Positions 59,821 through 64,000 of a stretch of DNA of 64,000 nucleotides are shown piece after piece (the first letter of the stretch is position 1; the number at the start of each line of letters is the position of its first letter). Source of the DNA: Alphaproteobacteria bacterium (lineage in GTDB: Bacteria; Pseudomonadota; Alphaproteobacteria; UBA2966); assembly GCA_964291395.2 (NCBI GenBank), contig OZ219856.1, positions 256,001-320,000 of the forward strand. The letters are read 5' to 3'. Position numbers and translations under genes: made by a program. The notes under the pieces are model-generated. The model saw only the letters and a list, made by a program, of their open reading frames with translations. It was not told the origin of the DNA and searched no databases.

Positions 59821-60609
59821 CTAGGTGCCCCGAGTTTGCCCTCCGTCGACGTTGATCGTCGCGCCGGTGACATAGCTGGCGAGGTCGGAGGCCAGAAATA
59901 CCGCCATCGCCGCGATCTCCTCCGGCGTGCCGAAGCGCTTGAGCAGGGTCTCCCCTTCCCATTCGCGTCTCGCCTCTTTCCACGATATCCCGGCTTGTCC
60001 CGTCTGGACCTCCATGGCGTATTGCATGCGCACCGTTTCGATCGGACCGGGGTTGACGGCGTTGACGCGAACGTTGTGCGGCGCCGCGATCTCGGCCAGC
60101 GCCTTGGTGAAATTCTGCAATCCTGCGTTCACCACGCCGGCCGTTACCAGAAAGCTGTGCGGTTGGTGCCCGTGGGTTCCGATGATGTTGACGATCCGCC
60201 CCTGTTTACGCCCGATCATGTGAGGCAGGACCGCACGGGAGCAGCGAATCTGTCCCAGCAGCTTGAGATTCAGGCCATCGATCCAGTCCTGATCGGACAG
60301 CTCGAGGAAACCGCCGTCCTTGGGTCCCGCCAGGGAATTCACGAGGATGTCGACCGAACCGAACGACGCGATTGCGGTCTCGACGAATCGGCGGACATCC
60401 TCGTCCTTCGTGCAATCGGCCGCGATCCCCCGTACCTCCGTGCCCGTCGTGCGCGTGATCTCCTCCGCCATGGTTTCCGCGCGTGCCTCGTCGCGGCCGC
60501 ATAGAGCGACCTGCGCCCCTTCCTCGGCGAACTTCCTGGCCACGGCAGCGCCGATGCCGGTACTCCCGCCGCTCACGAGAGCCACTTTGCCGCGAAGTCC
60601 GGTGTCCAT
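59821..60609 (-). CDS. atypical SDR family protein
   Basis: SGGSTGIG, VNAVNPGPIET, VDGG; YxxxK replaced by AGVVN. Confidence 0.9.
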   Translation of the reverse strand: MDTGLRGKVALVSGGSTGIGAAVARKFAEEGAQVALCGRDEARAETMAEEITRTTGTEVRGIAADCTKDEDVRRFVETAIASFGSVDILVNSLAGPKDGGFLELSDQDWIDGLNLKLLGQIRCSRAVLPHMIGRKQGRIVNIIGTHGHQPHSFLVTAGVVNAGLQNFTKALAEIAAPHNVRVNAVNPGPIETVRMQYAMEVQTGQAGISWKEARREWEGETLLKRFGTPEEIAAMAVFLASDLASYVTGATINVDGGQTRGT

Positions 60610-60636
60610 TTCCGTTTCCCTTTACGGTTCCGGGTT

Positions 60637-61458
60637 TCAGCGGATGAGGGCGCCGTAGGCGTCGGGCCGCCGGTCGCGGTAGAAGAGCCAGCTGTTTCGA
60701 ATCTCCGCCACTTCGGCGAGGTCGATGTCGGCGACGAGCACTTCGTCGTCCTCGCTGCCGGCTTGGGCGACGATGTTGCCCCGCGGATCGCATATGAGGC
60801 TTGATCCGTAGAAGGGATCGCCGTTCTCCTCGCCGACCCGGTTGATCGCGGCGATGAAGACCTGGTTGGCGATGGCCATCGCCATGAGTTCCTTCATGAA
60901 TACCTCTCGGGCCTGGAGCCGGGGGCTCGCGACGGGAATCAAAACCAGCTCCGCTCCTGCCAGACCGAGGGCTCTCGCGGCCTCGGGGAAGTGGCGGTCA
61001 TAGCAAATGAGGATGCCGATCTTGCCGAACGGCGTCTCGAATACGGGGAAGCCCAGGTTGCCGGGCTTGAAATAGAACTTCTCGATGATGTGCCGGCTGT
61101 GCGGGATGTGCATCTTGCGAAATTTGCCGATGATGTCGCCGTCCGGTCCGATCAGCGCCGCCGAGTTGTAGTAAACGCCGGCGATTTCCCGCTCGTAGAC
61201 CGGCGCCATGATCAACAGGCCGTGCCGGTGCGCTTTCTCGGCGACCGCGTCCGTGGCCGGGCCGGGGATGGGCTCGGCCAGATCCAGGAACCGTTCGTCA
61301 CGCTCACGGTTGGGAAAGTAGGGAAGGTTGAAGAGTTCCTGCAGAGCGACGATCTGGGCACCTTCCGCGGTCGCCTCGTCGATGAGCGAGAGGGCGCGCT
61401 CGAGGTTGGCCGCCGGGTCGTCCCCGCAGTGCATTTGTATCAGCGCAAGCCGGGTCAT
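60637..61458 (-). CDS. nitrilase superfamily amidohydrolase (beta-ureidopropionase / N-carbamoylputrescine amidase-like)
   Basis: LQELF, FRKMHIP, EKFYFKPG, ICYDRHFPE (Glu-Lys-Cys triad), YRDRRP. Confidence 0.9.
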   Translation of the reverse strand: MTRLALIQMHCGDDPAANLERALSLIDEATAEGAQIVALQELFNLPYFPNRERDERFLDLAEPIPGPATDAVAEKAHRHGLLIMAPVYEREIAGVYYNSAALIGPDGDIIGKFRKMHIPHSRHIIEKFYFKPGNLGFPVFETPFGKIGILICYDRHFPEAARALGLAGAELVLIPVASPRLQAREVFMKELMAMAIANQVFIAAINRVGEENGDPFYGSSLICDPRGNIVAQAGSEDDEVLVADIDLAEVAEIRNSWLFYRDRRPDAYGALIR

Positions 61459-61484
61459 GAACGCGCCTCTCGATAGTCCTGCCG

Positions 61485-62378
61485 CTACGGTGCCGAACGG
61501 GCCTCTGCCGCGTCGCAGGCCGCCACGAACCAGTCGGTGATCTCGCTCCCGGTCATCACCACCGTGTCTTCGCGCGCCGCCAGCCAGTCGAAGGTCGCCC
61601 ACAGAGCGGGAAGGCGATGGGGGACACAGGCGACGTGAGGGTGCAGCGGCAGCGTCAGCACACGGGGCCGCTCTTCGAGTTCGGGCTCGAACGTACGGAC
61701 CATGTCGCGGACTCTGGTGAAATATTCCGCCGCCGATTGGTGGTCGTTGGACCAGATGGCGACGTCGTTCATGTCGAGTCCGCCGTAGGGCACGGAGAGC
61801 AACCGTCCGTTCGGTGTCTCGAGCCAATCGGGGAAATCGTCGATGACCCAGTCCATGACATAGTCGATCCCGGCGGCCTTGAGATGACCCAGCGTGTCGA
61901 AGGTCTCGGCAAGGCCGGGGCCGAGCCAGCCGCGTGGCCGCGTGCCGAAAAACTCTTCGATCTGACTGAGGCAACGCTCGATGACCGCGGCTTCGTCGTC
62001 TTCCATGAACAGCATGCGCTGGGTCACCCCATGGCCGACGATCTCGCAGTCCATGTCGCGCAGCGCGGCGGCGAGAGCCGGGTATTCCGTGATGATCGCC
62101 GAGTTGAGGTTGATGCCGACGCGGAGACCGCGGTCGGCGCAACCACGGATGAAGCGGGACATGCCGGTGCGCAACCCGTATTCGACCCAGCTGTAGTTGG
62201 GAATGTCGGGGACCGGATCCTGGCCGTAGGGCGTCGACAGAAGCTTGCGCGGCAATGGCTTGTCGAACGGCCAACATTCGACGTTCATGACGATCTGAAC
62301 GATGAGCGGTTTGCCGCCGGGGCCTTCAAGGCGGGGCTGGGCATCGATCATGCGGTACGCGACGAACGGGTTCGCCAT
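61485..62378 (-). CDS. polysaccharide deacetylase (CE4) family, PuuE allantoinase-like
   Basis: MNVECW, EYGLRTG, EIVGHG, RGWLGPG, DDFP, LPLHPH. Confidence 0.85.
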   Translation of the reverse strand: MANPFVAYRMIDAQPRLEGPGGKPLIVQIVMNVECWPFDKPLPRKLLSTPYGQDPVPDIPNYSWVEYGLRTGMSRFIRGCADRGLRVGINLNSAIITEYPALAAALRDMDCEIVGHGVTQRMLFMEDDEAAVIERCLSQIEEFFGTRPRGWLGPGLAETFDTLGHLKAAGIDYVMDWVIDDFPDWLETPNGRLLSVPYGGLDMNDVAIWSNDHQSAAEYFTRVRDMVRTFEPELEERPRVLTLPLHPHVACVPHRLPALWATFDWLAAREDTVVMTGSEITDWFVAACDAAEARSAP

Positions 62379-62402
62379 GCCGGATCTCTCCCTGCGGCGC
62401 GC

Positions 62403-63191
62403 TTACGCTTCCTCGTACTCTTCGCGCGATTTCGCCATCTCGACCCTGAGCGTCGCGTCCACGTGCCGGTAGAGCTCGAAATACTCCCCGCTCGACCGGT
62501 CGCGTAGCCGTTCGAGATCCACCTCGACGATGTCCTTCACGCGGCCCGGGTGGGCGCTGAGGATGACGATCCGATCGGCCAGATACACGGCCTCGGCGAT
62601 GCTGTGGGTGACGAAGACGCAGGTCTTCTTGTCCAGCTCCCAGATGCGCAGAAGCTCCTCCTGCATGGTCTCGCGCGTCATCGCGTCGAGGGCACCGAAC
62701 GGCTCGTCCATCAGCAGAATGTCGGGTCCGTTGGCCAAGGACCTGGCGATGCTGACCCGCTGCTTCATGCCGCCGGAGAGCTCGCCGGGATAGTGGTGCT
62801 CGAACCCGGTCAGATGAACGAGATCCACGTAGTGCCGCACGATGTCTTCCTGTTCCCGCTTCGAGGCCCCCCGCATGCGAGGCCCGAAGGCGATGTTCTG
62901 GGACACCGTGAACCAGGGAAAGATACCGTACTCCTGAAACACCACGCCCCGGTCCGGGCCGGGGGCCGAAACGGGGGTGCCGTTCACCAGAACGGAACCG
63001 GACGTGGGCTGGAGGAACCCGGCGATCAGGTTGAGAAGTGTCGTCTTGCCGCAGCCGCTCGGACCGAGCAAGCAGACGAACTCACCCGTGGCGATCGAGA
63101 GGTCGATGTCTTCGAGTGCCGTCACGCTCCGTTCCAAGCGATCGCTGACATAGATCATGTTCAAGTCGGTGATGTGGACTTTTTCGCTCAT
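62403..63191 (-). CDS. NitT/TauT family ABC ATP-binding protein
   Basis: GPSGCGKT, LSGGMKQR, LLMDEPFGALD. Confidence 0.95.
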   Translation of the reverse strand: MSEKVHITDLNMIYVSDRLERSVTALEDIDLSIATGEFVCLLGPSGCGKTTLLNLIAGFLQPTSGSVLVNGTPVSAPGPDRGVVFQEYGIFPWFTVSQNIAFGPRMRGASKREQEDIVRHYVDLVHLTGFEHHYPGELSGGMKQRVSIARSLANGPDILLMDEPFGALDAMTRETMQEELLRIWELDKKTCVFVTHSIAEAVYLADRIVILSAHPGRVKDIVEVDLERLRDRSSGEYFELYRHVDATLRVEMAKSREEYEEA

Positions 63192-63244
63192 GAACGCCTT
63201 GCCTCGCGCCGGTCAGCCGGATCGTAAAACCGGAGGAGTACCGG

Positions 63245-64000
63245 TCAGGTATTCTGGTCAAGCGTCTCCCGGTAGGGGATCCACTTGCTTTCGAGCCACA
63301 GCAGGCCCTTGTTGATGAAGTAGCCGATAACGCCGATCACGACGATCCCGACCATGATCTGCTCGGTCCTCAGCTGATAGCGCCCGTCTTGAATGAGAAA
63401 GCCGAGCCCGGCATCCGCCAGGATGAGCTCGGCCGCGACCAGCACGATGAACGCCATTCCCGCTCCCAGACGCAATCCTACGACGACGCGGGGCAGGGCG
63501 CTGCGCATGATCACATGCCAGAAGATCTGTTGCCGGCTGACGCCCAGGGTCAGGGCCGCCCAGATGTGCACCCGTTCGACGCCGCGAAAGCCGCTGACGG
63601 TGTTGAGCACGATGGGGAAGAACGCCCCATACATGATGATCGCGACCTTCGATTCTTCACCGAGGCCGAGCCACATGATGGCCAATGGGATCCAGGCGAT
63701 GGGTGGAATTGGGCGCACCAGCTCGATCCAGGGATCGACCAGGTGGAACATGGGACGCCAAAGCCCGATCAGCATCCCCAGCGGAAGTGCGACGAGCACC
63801 GCGAGCAGGAACCCGGCGATGACACGGCCGAGGCTGACGACGATGTGCACGAACAACGTGCCGTCGACCACCATCTCGACCATGAGACTGAATACCCGCG
63901 CCGGCCCGGGAAGGAAGAACTCCGTGACCCACTGGGCGCTCACCACGAGCTGCCAAACGATGAACAGCCCGGCGAGTGAGATCAGGGTATAGAGATACGT
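63245..64000 (-). CDS. NitT/TauT family ABC permease (5' end outside window)
   Basis: SLGRVIAGF, RPIPPIAWIP, VAAELILA..GLG; frame open to window edge. Confidence 0.92.
   Translation of the reverse strand, partial: TYLYTLISLAGLFIVWQLVVSAQWVTEFFLPGPARVFSLMVEMVVDGTLFVHIVVSLGRVIAGFLLAVLVALPLGMLIGLWRPMFHLVDPWIELVRPIPPIAWIPLAIMWLGLGEESKVAIIMYGAFFPIVLNTVSGFRGVERVHIWAALTLGVSRQQIFWHVIMRSALPRVVVGLRLGAGMAFIVLVAAELILADAGLGFLIQDGRYQLRTEQIMVGIVVIGVIGYFINKGLLWLESKWIPYRETLDQNT

Noticed and set aside
60637-62277. Apparent 546-aa nitrilase fusion
   Set aside because: The N-terminal half is an alternative frame over the CE4 gene; the nitrilase starts at 61458

Overview
GC-rich alphaproteobacterial chromosome segment; Rhodospirillales-like by inference from the glyQ-glyS-ppdK synteny and a GAAC-N7-GAAC LexA box. 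1-35 kb is mostly core genome: two MoxR loci, NUDIX, CCA-adding enzyme, tRNA-Pro(CGG), polyprenyl synthase, S49 peptidase, glyQS, ppdK, UDG, tag, ygfZ, dihydroorotase, acuI-like, cysQ, a LexA-boxed imuA-imuB-dnaE2 cassette and a TPR-methyltransferase. 35.4-50.5 kb is an accessory catabolic block bracketed by ends of one ISNCY/IS1202-like element: a 304-bp internally deleted copy on the left and a lone right end on the right. It holds two LigE-like GSTs, an isochorismatase-family amidase, a doubly frameshifted Dpp/Opp ABC transporter, a deleted IS630, an alpha/beta hydrolase with His at the nucleophile position, a racemase-fold protein lacking both catalytic Cys, an acyl-CoA dehydrogenase, an amidohydrolase and a CoA ligase. 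54-64 kb is a second uncharacterised cluster: CobW plus amidohydrolase, two SDRs lacking YxxxK, a split NitT/TauT ABC, a PuuE-like CE4 and a carbamoylase-type nitrilase. No CRISPR, prophage or recognisable defence system was seen. The best candidates for undescribed biology are these two clusters with non-canonical active sites; their functions are inferred, not shown. All family calls come from motif recognition by eye, without database searches.
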